DNA of 48,952 bases, filler included, from Sphacelaria rigidula (lineage: Eukaryota): the NCBI GenBank assembly GCA_964200075.2. It is 3 parts of 3 records of this genome, joined end to end, with 100 filler letters (N's around TTAATTAATTAA, not from the genome) between each part and the next. Parts side by side here need not be neighbours in the genome. Positions count along the whole stretch, not along the records: positions 16,353 to 32,602 come from CAXNAA020001427.1; positions 32,703 to 48,952 come from CAXNAA020001428.1; 1 more part is not named here. One strand, written 5' to 3'. The notes under the pieces were generated by a model. The model was not told where the DNA came from and searched no databases. It saw only the letters and a program-made list of their open reading frames with translations. Position numbers and translations under genes: made by a program. Shown one piece after another: positions 25,627 to 38,751 of this stretch (position 1 is its first letter; every line of letters begins with the position of its first letter).

Positions 25627-25976
25627 GAGCGGATCTGAAGAAATGTACGCGAGCAATGGTTGGTACTATGGAGATGCCGCCAACCCTAACCCTAACGCTA
25701 ACCCTAACCCTAACCCTAACCCCGACCAACGCATACCGAGAACCCCCGGGCAAAGGGGTGCAAAGTGTTTCGTGAGCAAAGTGTGCGTTGCCAGAGCTCA
25801 GATCGACGCCTTTGAGCCCCGATTTTGGACCACAACACATTCTGGACGAGCTGGGTTTACTGCTCACCACTGCTCACCTGCCCCAGATAATAAATTTTCT
25901 CAGAACTTTCTTTAGTCTGAAATCAAGTAAAGGCGAGTACTAACTATTGTATACGTACATTTCATTAGGTCTACTG
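25627..25976 (+). mobile_element. hAT-type MITE carrying (CCCTAA)n
   Basis: Perfect 8-bp TSD ATTTTTGG (25619-26, 25977-84). TIRs are GAGCGGATCTGAAGAAATGTACG and CAGTAGACCTAATGAAATGTACG. Telomeric tract at about 25682-25722. Confidence 0.88.
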
Positions 25977-26250
25977 ATTTTTGGTCCGCTCGCCCCCCGT
26001 CCTCTCCTCGGCTTCCCCTTCTGGAGATGCGTTCGCAGTCTCCAGCAATCACCCATCCCCGTCCAGGTGGTTTCCTTGGACTGTAGGAGTAAGAAATCAT
26101 ACGCCGTTAAGGGCCCGTACAGCAGTGATCAAGCAGACTTTTGAGACAGAGGAAGTGTATACAAGGTGTACTTGTTGGATGTACATTCGACGCTAGCTGC
26201 TGCGGGCCAAAAAGAGTACGCAGGTGAACCCTCAGGCGTCGGACAGCCCA

Positions 26251-26567
26251 TGTGTGTGTTGTCGTCCCATCTATTCTGGACGCCGGTCTACACCTTTCGG
26301 TATATGGGTGCATCAGCCGGCGCCACACAGGAGCTTTTTATTTTTTATTTTTTATTTAGTATCTCACCTTCCTTCTGCGGTGCTTTCTTTTTTTTATTTT
26401 TATCGCGAGAGGGGTTTAGCAGTCCTTTTCCCTCGTCGACCGTTAAGTCGAATTTTGTGTACCCACGACGTAGTCGCTCTCCACTGTCCCAGATCGCTCC
26501 GAGAATTGATCCCACGACGCAAGCGTTAAAATATTTCGAGGTTACCAACTGAGCCACCGGGGCGACC
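26251..26567 (-). mobile_element. tRNA-derived SINE (near full length)
   Basis: The 5' head GCCCCGGTGGCTCAGTTGGTA (Pol III A box) is followed by GGGATCAATTC (degenerate B box). The body is shared with two other copies and the 3' tail is CA-rich. Confidence 0.75.
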
Positions 26568-27093
26568 ATGAGCTACCTGCATATAAAGTCTTATTAGTGT
26601 ACCGATCCGGATCATTAGCTAGCTCATTTGGCTGGACGCCGGGCACCCGGAGTAGCGCAAAAATAGCGCTTTGACTTCTCGGACCCCGCTGTCATGTATT
26701 TTGTGCTCTTCGATTATTATAGTTGTTTCAGGTAGGTCTACGATGTGAACACGCCGACGATAGGACAATCATCGAGAGTCACGTGACAGCACTGCACAAG
26801 CCAGGCGTTCAATTTTTGCGGTACATGATCGTAGGAGATTGATGTGTATTTTTCGATGGATCACATGGATTGTTTTTGTGCTTTTATTCTCTGCATTGCT
26901 TTTTTTTTCTTCACTTTTTCGCTTTCCCCCCCCCGTTTTCTCGCTTTTTTCGCTTTTTTTCATGCAGTCTTGTGCAGGTTGCGGTGGATCTTGTGCGGGA
27001 AGCGGGACCACCGGACTGCACGGCTTCACATGCGCGTGGTGCAAGCTGCAGGTGTGTGCTGTGTGTAGTCTGCACATCCTGGACAACGGACGG

Positions 27094-28695
27094 CATCTAT
27101 TGCAATAGCAATAGAATCTACCGCAGTAGATGCCAATATTGTCGTCCGTAATGGCCATCAATCGACAAGTTTCTCTTTCTACGTATTGTCATCGGCAATG
27201 TCTATCGGCAATGCCCGGGCAGCAGTCTATTGTGGACCTACACCTAAAACTATTGCCGCCGACCGAATACATCGATCGATAGCTTTCCAAATATATTGAT
27301 GACGGCAATGGCTATCGATAGACGGTGTGCCAAATCTATTGATGACGGCGATGACTATTGATACATTGTTTACCAAACCTATTGATGACGGTGATGGCTA
27401 TTGATGAAGTGTGTGCCAGATCTATTGAGGGCGGCAATGAATACCGATAGATACACCCCAGAATCTATTCTGGTATACAATGCCGAGCGATATTCTCTGT
27501 CGTCTATTGCCACATCTATTGTACATTGCAATATACCATGTATAGAGCATATTATACTTTGTTGAAGCACGGTAGGGGAGCCGCGGGTGAACATGCAGTG
27601 GGTATATTATAACACTACTTGTGTAAATATGACGTCACGATTCTGCAAGTTTGGAACGGTTGTGTGATGTAGGAATCCGCAATATGTATCGACAACTTTC
27701 CACAAGTTTGTAGTTAGTGTGATGTCGATCCTTGGGGTTGGTTCCTCTGATGTATATGAGCGCTTACATAACCTTTTTGCGTGGGTGGAATGGGCTTTTA
27801 CTCTGGGCAATATACTATGTAATGAAACATTGTGGCTGCAAGAGCCTCGAAAACTTGACCGTTAATGTTCATCGTCAGTCATAATCGACTGGCATCACTG
27901 TCTATCGATAGCTATTGGAGGCGACAATAGATTCGGGACAAGGGGCCGAGTGCATCATTGCCGGTATCTAAAAAGCGCCCACCAATGTCTATTGCTGGTC
28001 ACAAAATAATCTGAATCGCAACCGCCAATGTCTATCGCTGGTCACAATGCAATCTGAACCGCCGCCACCAATATCTATTGCTGGCGACAATGGGAGCTGA
28101 ATGGCGTCGATCACTAGCTGTGTACGTCGTATGCACATTGTCGGTAGGTGTTTCTACCTTATTCCACAGAAGCTATGGCCAACTACAGCCTCAGGTAGTT
28201 GCGTGTTCATGTGTGAGAGATACTACCGTTGATGCCATAAGACCACTGCAGTGAGCTATATATTTACCAAAACCCATCTTTGGCGTCACTGGCTATCGAT
28301 AGAAGGTCCCTGAAACAATCAATTGTTGATGGCAATGATTATTGGACGGTACCCCAAATCCTTTGCCGGCGGCAGAGGCTATTGATAGATTGTTCACCAA
28401 CCCTATTAATGACGCCGAAGGCTACCGATAGACGGCTCACCAAATCTATTGATGACGGCTATTGCTATCGATAGATGGCTCACCAATTTTATTGATGATG
28501 ACAACGACTATCGATGGATGTTTCACCAAATCTATCATGTGTGGCAGTGGCTATCGATAAACACGCCCCGAATCAATCCATTGCGGTTAACGATGTCCAT
28601 CGACGGCTGGTGACCTTGACTTTTTTGTTATTGCCGTAGACTATCGATTGACTCTTGCACCATCTATTGTTCATTGCAATACATATCAATAGATG
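27094..28695. repeat. TCTATTG/CAATAGA subrepeat-rich element(s), probably a non-autonomous DNA transposon
   Basis: Many AAATCTATTGATGACGGC-like units. Blocks at 27280-27545 and 28290-28695 are related direct copies. Outer ends CATCTATTG...CAATAGATG are inverted. No TSD seen. Confidence 0.6.
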
Positions 28696-31020
28696 TGTTT
28701 CACCTTCTATCGTGTTCGACAATGTATATTCATAGGTTGTCCCCCGGGTCTATTACTCCAGCAATGGAATATTTTTTGTGTCCATTGTCCGGAGTGTGGT
28801 GGTCTGTGTGGAAAGTTAGTGTTTTCCTTCCTTAAGATCCCTCTGCACGTGGTAATTTCATCATTCATAGCGTCGCGTTGCGGCCTTTAATGGGAGGGAT
28901 GGGGGGGGGGGATAGAAGCGAAATATTATCACGTTATTTGTCACTGGATATTTCACGTCCTTAATAATAGCACGTGTGAGTTTGCCTTTGTTGAATGTAA
29001 TTGCTTCTTTCGTTTTAGGGTATGGCATGGTATTCAGCATAGGCATTAGGTTCCACCGCGCCACGGTGGTTTTCATTGGTCGACCTTACAGCCGATCGTT
29101 CAGGGGCGGAGCTGATGGTTTGAATCTCAACCGAAACTCCTTTCCGTGGATACAGCTTCTGCTGGCAATGTTCACCTATGTACATTTTTCCCCATCATGC
29201 TATACACCCCGACCTCTTTTCGGGACGAGCCCCTTGTGTCAAGGGACCAAGAAACTTATCTCTCTCTTTCGGTCCGCACGTGCCTAGTATTTTCGTACCG
29301 CGGGTTGGATCAGTACTCCCTCGACCCGTGTCACTGTCGTCAACCTCTGTTTCGGTAAGTATGACACCCTGGACATCATGTGGTCAATAGTTACAATATA
29401 TCTATTATTCAGCTTTTCACCATATATTGTCCAGGGTGTGATGAGTATTCGTGTGCTCACGTTCTAATTAAACTATTTATAGGGGAAGCCAGACTCTTCT
29501 CGAGACATGGAAACCGCAATCTGTGTATGTGTCAGGTTTGGATCAGCAACCGTCCGCCCTAGTCGGCTTGAAGTGGACGAGTTGATCCACGGGTGGCGCA
29601 ACGGCAGATTGAATGAGCGTCGTACAAAAGCGGACCCCCGTGGAATCCGGCCGTGATCATACTAGATTAAGGGACGTACCCAAGGTGAAGAATATTGACA
29701 AGCACTCGATGAAGGAAGCTCGAGAAAAAGGAAAAATAGAGATCGGCGAAGCAAGAGGATGGATCGATTGATTACTGTTTGATTGGTTGTCGCACATGAG
29801 TTGATCCCCGAAGGACCCAATCGTGGTCACAGAGGGTGGAAGTACCCAAGGCGAACAAAATGGAACCCCCCGCCGAGTGAAACGGTCGAATTGAAGGAAA
29901 ACAGAAAAAAATAATTAGCAAACGGAGAAACTCGGAAAGCTAAGACCAAAACCAAACAAAACAAGATGAATCAAGAACATGAGTTATGCTACGGTAGGTG
30001 GGATTATTGTGGGCCGTTTTCTTTCGCGAAATTCTACTTGAAATCGTCGTGAAGAGCAGCAACGGTTGTTCAAACGCGCTTGCTTGCGATAATCCACGCT
30101 TATTCATACTGCTTGACACCGCTTGTACCCAAATACAAGCGCAAGCATTCATGAGCCCATTTTCTCTAGCACACGTTTCCAGTGGACGATATGATATCAA
30201 TGTGCGCCATCTCATGCTGCCCAAAGAGGTACTATTGCATAAAACTCTTTAATCGCTACTCGTAGGCTTTGTCATTTGGTAAATCGGCATGCATCATTTT
30301 CATTTACAAAAAAAGGCCGTCGGGACCCAGATGACCCACCCTGGCGGTGGCTCATGGGATCGGACCCTGTCGGGTCGTACAAATAGGGCAAGTAAGGTGA
30401 TGAACGGGTTCATGGAATAAAAACAGAGCAATCTTGCAAGGGTATTGTTGGTTACAGTAGGGCATTTCGCGCATTTGGGTAGTTTGAAAAATTGTATTCC
30501 AAGTATCCAAATATTGGGTAATAATTGCGATCGTGCCTAGTGCCACCCTATATTTAGGTAGAGTTCGTAGATCGGACTATCGCAACTCAAATTCGGGAGA
30601 AGGAATACCCGGGTTTTACTTCAGCAAGTATTTTCCGTCTTGTTTACGTAGGAAAGATAACATGCATGTTGTGGATCATGACAGCAGGAAGATCCCTCGG
30701 AGATGAGTTAATGTGCGACAATCGATCAACCAACCAAATCAAAGTCATCAAGGGTCGAAGGAATCACGATTCGCGTGAGAATCCCTTTCTTTTGGTGTAA
30801 TTGATCCGTGCGGTACGAACCAATCCTTGTGCTGTGTTTGCAGCGTGGCACCCCAGATATGCGCACCCAGGCACGCGGAATGGCAAAAAAATTGCGTACT
30901 CGTAGAGATTTCTTTTCGATCTGCCGCTCAATTGTTTCTCTCTTTCGAGCTATCAGGCTCGTTCAGAATAAGTAGGTTTGGTTATCCGAACCAGCGATGA
31001 TTCGTCCTACCCTTGAAAAG

Positions 31021-31257
31021 CAATCAACCAAACGAAATAAAATCAGTCAACCGAATCAAGTAATGAAATTAATCAACCGAATCAAGTAAAATGAACAAAA
31101 TTAATCAACGTAATCAAATCAAATCAATCAACTCAATCAGATAAAGAAACCACATCAAATCAATCAACCCACCCAATCAATTGTATCAACCAACTAAATC
31201 AAATAAACCGAACCAAGCCAAGCAAAATCAGATCAGCAATATCTCATCAATCAACCG
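31021..31257 (+). repeat. Degenerate AATC/AACC-rich low-complexity tract
   Basis: Repeated aatcaa and aaccaa units. Confidence 0.8.
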
Positions 31258-32232
31258 ATAAACGTTCTATTCGTGAGATCGGAGGCGCTGAACTACGAGG
31301 CATATGTACGATAATCTTCAGGTTCAGATACACTGACTGCTTGTACGCGCCGGAACATGAACTAGTCTTGGTTGCTGCTGTCATTCAGGTGCACGAACGC
31401 TGTATTGGGCGGGTCGCAGAGTCGGAGTGCACCTTGGGTAGACACAGGCGGCTCATCTTGCCACCTATCGCTGTGCTCAAGGACCAGCAGCCGCGGAAGA
31501 AAGGTAACAACTTGCGGGGTCGTGATGCGTTGTCTTCGAGGACAGGAGTCTTTTGTAGCCGAAAAAGCGAAGTGTATCTTCTCTGCGCCGCGATCGATAT
31601 ACGTATGCTGGCGTTGAAGCCGGTATTCTGAGTTTGTTTGCTTCGTTCTGTTGCAGGCTCTGTTTCTGTTTCTGTTGTGCGCGTGCACATGTACGGGTAA
31701 AAACAACGTATTTTTTCTGGGTCATATTCCACTTTTCCACCCTTGTGTGTATTGTTGATATAATCTTTCATGTTGATGAATTTTGTCTTGTATTTATCCG
31801 AGGTCGTGTTTCTGTTATTGTGTGAAGGGGAGCAGAGTGTTCATCCTGTGAAGAGAGAAACTTTGAGATTGTTTTTTCTTTCATGTGGTGGTATCCACAG
31901 TTCTAAATGTTGCATAGTGTTGAGGCCGTTCGTTCTGTAATCTGTTTTTATTTTTATTTTCTTGCTGGAAGGTCATTGCGTCGTTCCATTGTTGTGTAGT
32001 GCTCTATTCTTTCAGTTTGACATCGTTTTCCTTTTTATTTTGGCAGTGTGTCTGGTTCCATTTTTTCATTGTTGTTGTCGTATCATTGCTTTATTTACTT
32101 TGATACTGTCTGTTTCAAATTCCCGGAGTTCGTCATCTATTTTTGCACTGTTGTGTAGTGTTTCTGATCTAATTCTTGTTCCATCTGCAGCCATCGAAGG
32201 GTGAGAAAAGTATACCCCCCCCCTCCCCCCCC

Positions 32233-32600
32233 TATCCTGGTCCGGCGAGAACCCGACGTGCTCTGTCCCGGCTTTGTAGGGGCGGATCCCCGATGGGGTT
32301 GGCGTCGGTTAGCGATGGCGCTGTGAAACACGCCACTCACTACGTGAGCTAGGCGACCAGGTTACCGCTTTTTTCTTTGCGCGCTTGCATTTTTTTTGCG
32401 GTAACCAAAATGGCGGTCGAGCTAGATCATGTTGTGCGGCGTGGGAGAGCCTCAACTCCGCACAATGGGGGTGATCATTCCACGTAGTGTTGAAATGGTA
32501 AGGCACCCATGAGGCAGTGGCTGCCTCAGGGAGTGGCGATACCACAGAATAAAGCAACTCATTGTAGGCTGTCATCCAAATGCAAGATAATCAGTAGGCT
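32233..32600 (+). mobile_element. Poly-C-targeting family, longer copy (3' end lost in gap)
   Basis: Begins right after the C-tract at 32216-32232 and aligns with 42821-43156. Confidence 0.75.
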
Positions 32601-32602
32601 TC

Positions 32603-32702
32603 NNNNNNNNNNNNNNNNNNNNNNNNNNNNNNNNNNNNNNNNNNNNTTAATTAATTAANNNNNNNNNNNNNNNNNNNNNNNNNNNNNNNNNNNNNNNNNN
32701 NN
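32603..32702. other. Assembly gap with TTAATTAATTAA linker
   Basis: N runs plus artificial linker. Confidence 0.97.
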
Positions 32703-32730
32703 GCGCGGGGGCCGGCGGCCGGGGGGGGGT

Positions 32731-32768
<38 letters not shown>

Positions 32769-33381
32769 AATATCATGACCGGTCGATTCTTTCAAGGTGA
32801 GATCAAAGAGTAGCGGGATGTGAGGTTTGGGGATCAGGACGAATCCTCAAAAAAGGCGAATGATTGAGCGAAGTGAGGAATGATAGCTGGACAGCGAAGT
32901 AGTCCACCTGCAGTCCACCTCCAGGGGAACCAAATGACCATTTTGATAACCCTGATTGGTCAGAGTGATCACTCGCCTCCTTTCGGGTCCCGTTCCTGCC
33001 TTGTAATTTTCCGCGGGAAACTTCGCAACACACGAGTTTGAATAGGTGAGCTTTCCGGCTATTTTGGGAACAGGCTCCTACCTTCCCATAATGTCTTTGC
33101 TGTCAGACCGGCGAGTCTGCTCAAACGTGCCGTAAAACTGGTTTTGTCCTACAGGCAGGTTTTGTGAATCTGCCTGTACAGGCAGATATCCGCCGACCGC
33201 TGTAATAAAACGCACCCCCACCCCTTGAAAACCCCCGGATGTTCCTGGACTGTCAGTACTTGAAACTGTTCCGAGGCGACGCTCGCTGTCTTAAAACTAA
33301 ACCAATTTATAAGTGGGATCAGCGGCACCTCTCAAAGCCTCTGATCGAAGTCACAACTGTCAGCACTGGCATATTTTCATG

Positions 33382-33639
33382 CTTGGTTGCATACGTCGGA
33401 CGGATCATGATCTGTCTGAAATAGATAATGGAGGAAGACGCTCGGATCCGTGGGTCCAAAACGAAATATGCGCCCGCGGAGTCAGAAGAGTAAAATCATA
33501 AAGGTTGGTGCTGCTCAGCGTCAGGGGCTGTAGGGAGCAAATATGGAAAAGGGGGGGCAAATGCTCCGGATCATGATCCAGATCAGTATGCTGGGAGGAA
33601 GTCATCTTCAGACAGGTCATGATCTGTCCGACGTGCCAA
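33382..33639. mobile_element. MITE with ~28-bp TIRs
   Basis: ACGTCGGACGGATCATGATCTGTCTGAA is inverted relative to TTCAGACAGGTCATGATCTGTCCGACGT. Confidence 0.6.
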
Positions 33640-33888
33640 GTAAAGCTCATCCCAACCATCGCAATTTTTTTTTGTCCAATTTCGGGTTGCACCATCGCAT
33701 TCAGATTTATGGAAGCCGACAGTCCCGGGAGCTTGCGCTTCAGGGTGCAGAGAACATTTTGTTACTCGGAGTAGCACCGAGTCAAGCTTTGGCAACATAC
33801 GTTTGCGGCAGCTCGGGGCAGTCATGTTCGCAAAATCATAAGTGTGCACCATCACCGGATTCGCCATGTAACGGATAGCGTAATGATG

Positions 33889-34363
33889 TCAACCCCAGAC
33901 GGAGATTATCTCAACCCCTGAACGGCGACAGTCCTGGGTAATCCGTTGAATCAATATCACGATCCAGATAGACTACCCTCGTTATCAAAGGGTCAACCGC
34001 TCGACCGCGAGCATAGATCGTCTGGTAAATCAGCATTTATCAAACTCGAACAGTGAACACATGAGCCAGGAATCCTCACCCTCGCGCTTAACCCTTGGAC
34101 CGCAAGGTTAGTCTTCTGTTAAATCGGCATCAATTTCAAGTGAAAAAAAGTATTCATGATCCAGAAAGACTAATCTCGCCGTCTAAGGGTTATGGGCTCA
34201 AGTGGAACCTCCGACGCAACCACCTTGTACTTGATCATTCCTGATTCACTCTTAACCGTTAGACCCTGGTGCGGGTATATTAGTCCATCTGGATCATGCT
34301 TTCTTCGGGTGAATATTGATACCGATTCAGCAGGTGACCTACCCTCGCGGCCAAAGGGTTTAA
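33889..34363. mobile_element. Cluster of ~100-bp piggyBac-type MITEs
   Basis: Successive TYAA|CC...GGG|TYAA units at about 33911-33996, 33997-34087, 34088-34193 and 34252-34363 (inverted), plus a stub at 33889. Confidence 0.7.
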
Positions 34364-35072
34364 TGTTAATGCCTTGAAAAAAGAGGTTGCCGTGACTCAT
34401 TATAGCATCGAGCCTCGACAGGTTTTGATACTGCACTTCAGCGGGTGCCCATGCATGTACGCAGGCTCTCCGTCCGTGATGGGAGAGTCGACTATTTCCA
34501 AATAATTAAAAAATTATACACGGAACATGCTCTCTTACACACTTATTGGATTCCCCAGACACAACAGTTACTTTAAAAAAATCTACATACAGTAGTCGAT
34601 TACCGTCCGCTATCCCATGCCGTCTGCCCCAGGTGGACGGCTTCGTGGCACCACGGGGCAGCTGCATGATTTTGCCCGGACAGCAAGAGTTTTTAACTCC
34701 ATACACACCGTTCACATCGTAAGATTTTACTTCCACACGCAGTTCATCTGCGCACAACAGCCTTGACCCCGTACCTTACTCAGGTTACAATATGCTCATG
34801 GTTGATATTACTTGATTTGAGGATTCACAACGAGAATCTGATCTTTAGTGGGGCTGACAGTCCCGTGTGCTTCTGGTGTGCTCCGAACGCGTTTTCGTTT
34901 GAATCGGCGCCACCGATTTGGGGTCTACCAAGCCGCACTTTGCCTTGGGAATCATAACCATATGTACCTCCCCTGCCCTAGGGTTTTCCGTATGCCTTAA
35001 TTTGGGGTTAGGGTTGGGGGTAGCGATAGCTGTTAGATGCATCAACCATGAACATGTTGTAGCCCAACCCTG

Positions 35073-35178
35073 ATCAACACTTCGACCGCGAGGGAGGGTC
35101 ATGTAGCCATGCATTATTTTTTAAAGTGAAACTGATGTTGATTCAACGAGTGATATATGCTCTCGGTCAAAGGGTTGA
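35073..35178. mobile_element. piggyBac-type MITE (degenerate copy)
   Basis: tcaa|cacttcgaccgcgaggg...cggtcaaaggg|ttga with the family core in reverse orientation. Confidence 0.6.
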
Positions 35179-37829
35179 CCCACCTCACCTCACGTTACCT
35201 TGTTCGTTCGGCCGGTCAGGCCCCCGGAAAAATCAACCATTCATATGAAGAAGCTCGGGAAGGCAAACCAAGACTTTCATGCCGCGACCAGGATTGTTCT
35301 GCCCAGGACGTGAAGAGTCGATAGGAGTTTGCCTGGGCTCCAACTCAATATTTTCATCAAGACAGGAATTACTCGTAATAGTTCTGTGACGTACGTTCTA
35401 CTTTTCATCTATGTGTCAATACCATCTTCCTATCTGCACCGACTACTGACTGTACCGTCTTTACATGTTACTTGTAGGACAGTATGAGTATCCGCTGGCC
35501 CGTATGACCAGCCTGCAGTCATGGGCGGCGATCCCATCGCGACCTGCCGTTGCGAGAAAGTTTGTGATTTTTTGTTGATGGATATCTCGAGATCCCCTTA
35601 CCTCGGTGATGATTGCATTCCACGCGATTAACCCCACAGCTGCAAGCATAGAGACAACTTCCGGCAGCACCGCCTGATTTGTTTTTCGTGTTTCGACCAA
35701 CGTGAAGAGAGGACACGACAAAAAAACAAACAAAAAGGTCGACAGTCGACAGGGTCATGAGTATCGTAAATGACGCTCATTGCAGTCACTTGTGGTGAGG
35801 TATTTATCTTCCACGAAACTGCTGAACGTGCATCGTCAAGTGTACCCCCCTCCCCCATCTCCCTCTGTTCGTACCCCACCGAGCTTAGGTCGTTTCCGAC
35901 GATTGATTCGTCTGTTTTCGGCAAACATCTATGAAGTAATTATGGGTTATGCCTGCACCGAGCTTTGTGAGAGGGGAGGATACGGGCGTCGATACGGGCA
36001 TAATATGAGGGTTGGCGGATCAGACTAGCACGACTTGTACTTGTGGAGGTGTCTCATATTCAAGGTTGCCGGTGTAATTGTAATTACAGGACTGTCAAAC
36101 CTATCTCTGTAAATCACAGAAACCTCGAATATGAGATCCCTCTACCCAAGGTCGGGGGTCAAGAAAAATAGGAGGTTACTCGTGAGTGACTCTTCTCAAG
36201 CGCAAAAAGGGGGAGAGCTTAGGCCCATCGTAGGCATGGCTCTTGAAACTTATTGGCGCCTCAACAGTTCTTGGGGTATATTTGTTGTTTGAAGCGGGAC
36301 TTGCTGATGACGGAAGGAACGCACGCGCGAAGACAATTGATACTGTAGTATGTACAAAGCAGACAGGAAACGAAGGAGCAACGTTTGAGCTCACCAAACG
36401 AAAGGAAGGCGCTGAAACACGAAATGGGAATAAAGGAAACAGCAAGTTTTTTCTCTCCTCTGCTTGGCATCGTTTGCTTCAAGCGAAAATTCTCCCATCA
36501 CTTGCGCGGTAACAACGGACAACCGAGAGCTAGGGATGACATCCTTTCAAACTCAGACTTCACAGACGTCCTCCAGGATCGAACCCACCCTCCCGCCGCC
36601 GCCCCCCCGCCGAGCACGTCCTCACCGATTTCTCCCCTCTTGAGCACTTGTAGCTTAGATACACAAACACCAGACCCTCGCTGAACCCAGGGATGAACGA
36701 CACTTGGCCCTGACAGACAAGTGTTCGGGCATTCTTTTTGCCTCGAGACCAATCTCTCCATCGCTTGCATTATCACTCTGTGTCGAAAGAACAACCTTGG
36801 AAGCCAAGCCAAACAAACACCAGGCATGCCCCCCGAGCCCTCATGTTTCCGCCTGAACGCCACCCTCCCGCTTCCCTGGGTGCACAGGACGGAGTTGATC
36901 CCGCACCCGCTCTAACTGCTAGTTGCGCTTGTGATGGGGAACCACGGAAAACAGAGGACGCACACTTTCAGTAAAAGCAAACGGCACACGTACAGCACAC
37001 AGGTTTTACTCACCATGGTAGCAACAGTACGGTTGTACCCGCGGGTTCGTGCTCGGCACTATCAGCAGCCGTCTCCGTAGTCGTCCTATCACGTGTGCTG
37101 TACTGCTGTTGTTCTATTCCCCCCGCGTTGATCCTTAGTCCGTGACCCTGCCCCCCGCTCGGACCTGGCTGAATGACCGACGGCGTACCGCGCACGGAAA
37201 ATTAGTGGATCTTCCAAAATGAGGAAGGCCACAAACCCACCTCTTTTTTTTTTCGGAATCCGATGCACTATATTGTAGTGTAGAGTCCTGCATATATACT
37301 CAGATTTAGATCTTGGATATACAAAGTGAAGGTGTCCTGTACACAAGGATACACGGACAGAACAGAACTGTTCTGTACAGAACGCTACGAACAATGAACC
37401 GAAACCTGTGTGAACTATTATTCTAAACCTGAACGGAAATCTGTGAATAATAGGTATATAGTAGTGAAGAGTAACTGGTGATATGTGACATCGCTTCAGC
37501 ACTTTCAGTAGTTGATGATTGACGATGGGCTGCAATATTTCAACATGCGGTCGCGGTTCCTATTTAAAGAAAACGCCTTATTTTGCATGTGGAGCTGGCT
37601 ATGTCCTTTTTCTGCTCCTCTTTTTCGGTAGGCCTCTGATGTTGCAGCTTTTATATTATCTTCTTCACATATATCATCATATATATCGCGTCGTCCCGAG
37701 AAGGAAAAGGGGTTATTATTGGAACAAAAATAGGCAACAGACCGTTTCGCAATTACAATTTGTTGCACATGCGTTCATCATCCATCCAGGATATTATTAT
37801 TTTAGATTCTACATGTATCTTTGGGAACG

Positions 37830-38127
37830 GACTCTCTGAGAACTGTCCTTATTTTTTAACCTTGCATCCCGGATTTTTGACGAAATGCGGGCCTTGGCGG
37901 ATTGGGCCTCCTCCGCGAAGATGGAGTGTCGAGAAGAAATTCCTGCAACTAACTAATAAATCGGAAAGCTGGTCAAAAGTAAAACTGGGCGCACGAGGAA
38001 TCGGGAAAGGGCGCCAGAATCCTCTTTGAAATATGAGCAAATTTTTCCGAGGAGGTCCAATCCGCCAAGCCCCGTATCCCGTCAAAAATCTGCGATGAAA
38101 GGCTCGAAATAGGGGAGTTCTCAGAGC
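37830..38127. mobile_element. MITE with ~85-bp TIRs
   Basis: ctctgagaact...gatttttgacg...cttggcggattgggcctcctc is mirrored by gaggaggtccaatccgccaag...cgtcaaaaatc...agttctcagag. Confidence 0.7.
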
Positions 38128-38521
38128 AGAGGGTGTTTTCTGAGTACAACAATCAGCTAAATACTTTTTGGTGTATTTATTACACACACATGTATTTGCA
38201 TATATATTGCACGTTTATCTGCACTTCAGCACAACAACAAACTTGTATGATCATGTTACCGGTTGCTCGAGGAACTTAGCTTCAGGCTGGCCCAGCTCAT
38301 AATAATTTGATTTGCATTGTCAATTGGCATCACTTGAAGATTATGTGCCGTGGCAAACCGCACTGAACAGCAATAAGTTGGACAATAATTTTGCAACACG
38401 CGAAGTATTTTCCAATCCATCGCGCGTTTCAAAAGTCATAATCCAGCACTCAACCCGTCGTCGGCCGGGCATCATTTCCCCTTCCCACAGTCAGTACAGC
38501 TGCCTTACGACTTGCAGTAGC

Positions 38522-38751
38522 ATGATAGTGGATGGATGTACAACAACAGCGACATGTTTCGTGCTCGTCTTTCTTGTGGGAAGTTCAGCTATCACCACTA
38601 GCAGCGGTTTCGTTCTTCGGTCGCCCTTAGGTATTGTACATCAGCATCATCAGCATCGTCCACGGTGTGCCGGTTTGGGATACCCAGAAGCAGTAGCGGG
38701 AGCGCGGAGTGGAGACAGGACAAGGACAAATGTGGCCATGTCAGCATCAAG
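38522..38751 (+). CDS. Candidate first exon of a plastid-targeted/secreted protein (bipartite presequence)
   Basis: M...TATCFVLVFLVGSSAITTSSG^FVLRSPLG...ARSGDRTRTNVAMSASR has a hydrophobic signal peptide, Phe at +1 (ASAF-like) and an Arg/Ser-rich transit peptide. It ends at a strong AG|GTATGT donor. Confidence 0.55.

Noticed and set aside
25682-25722. Chromosome end / telomere
   Set aside because: Short tract inside a TSD-flanked MITE that is present in several copies.
26500-26567. tRNA gene
   Set aside because: It has A and B boxes but no complete cloverleaf, and it is attached to a repeated body, so it is a SINE head.
35500-35680. WD40-like 'FLATAGRDG' peptide / small exons
   Set aside because: An isolated short motif with no supporting repeats.
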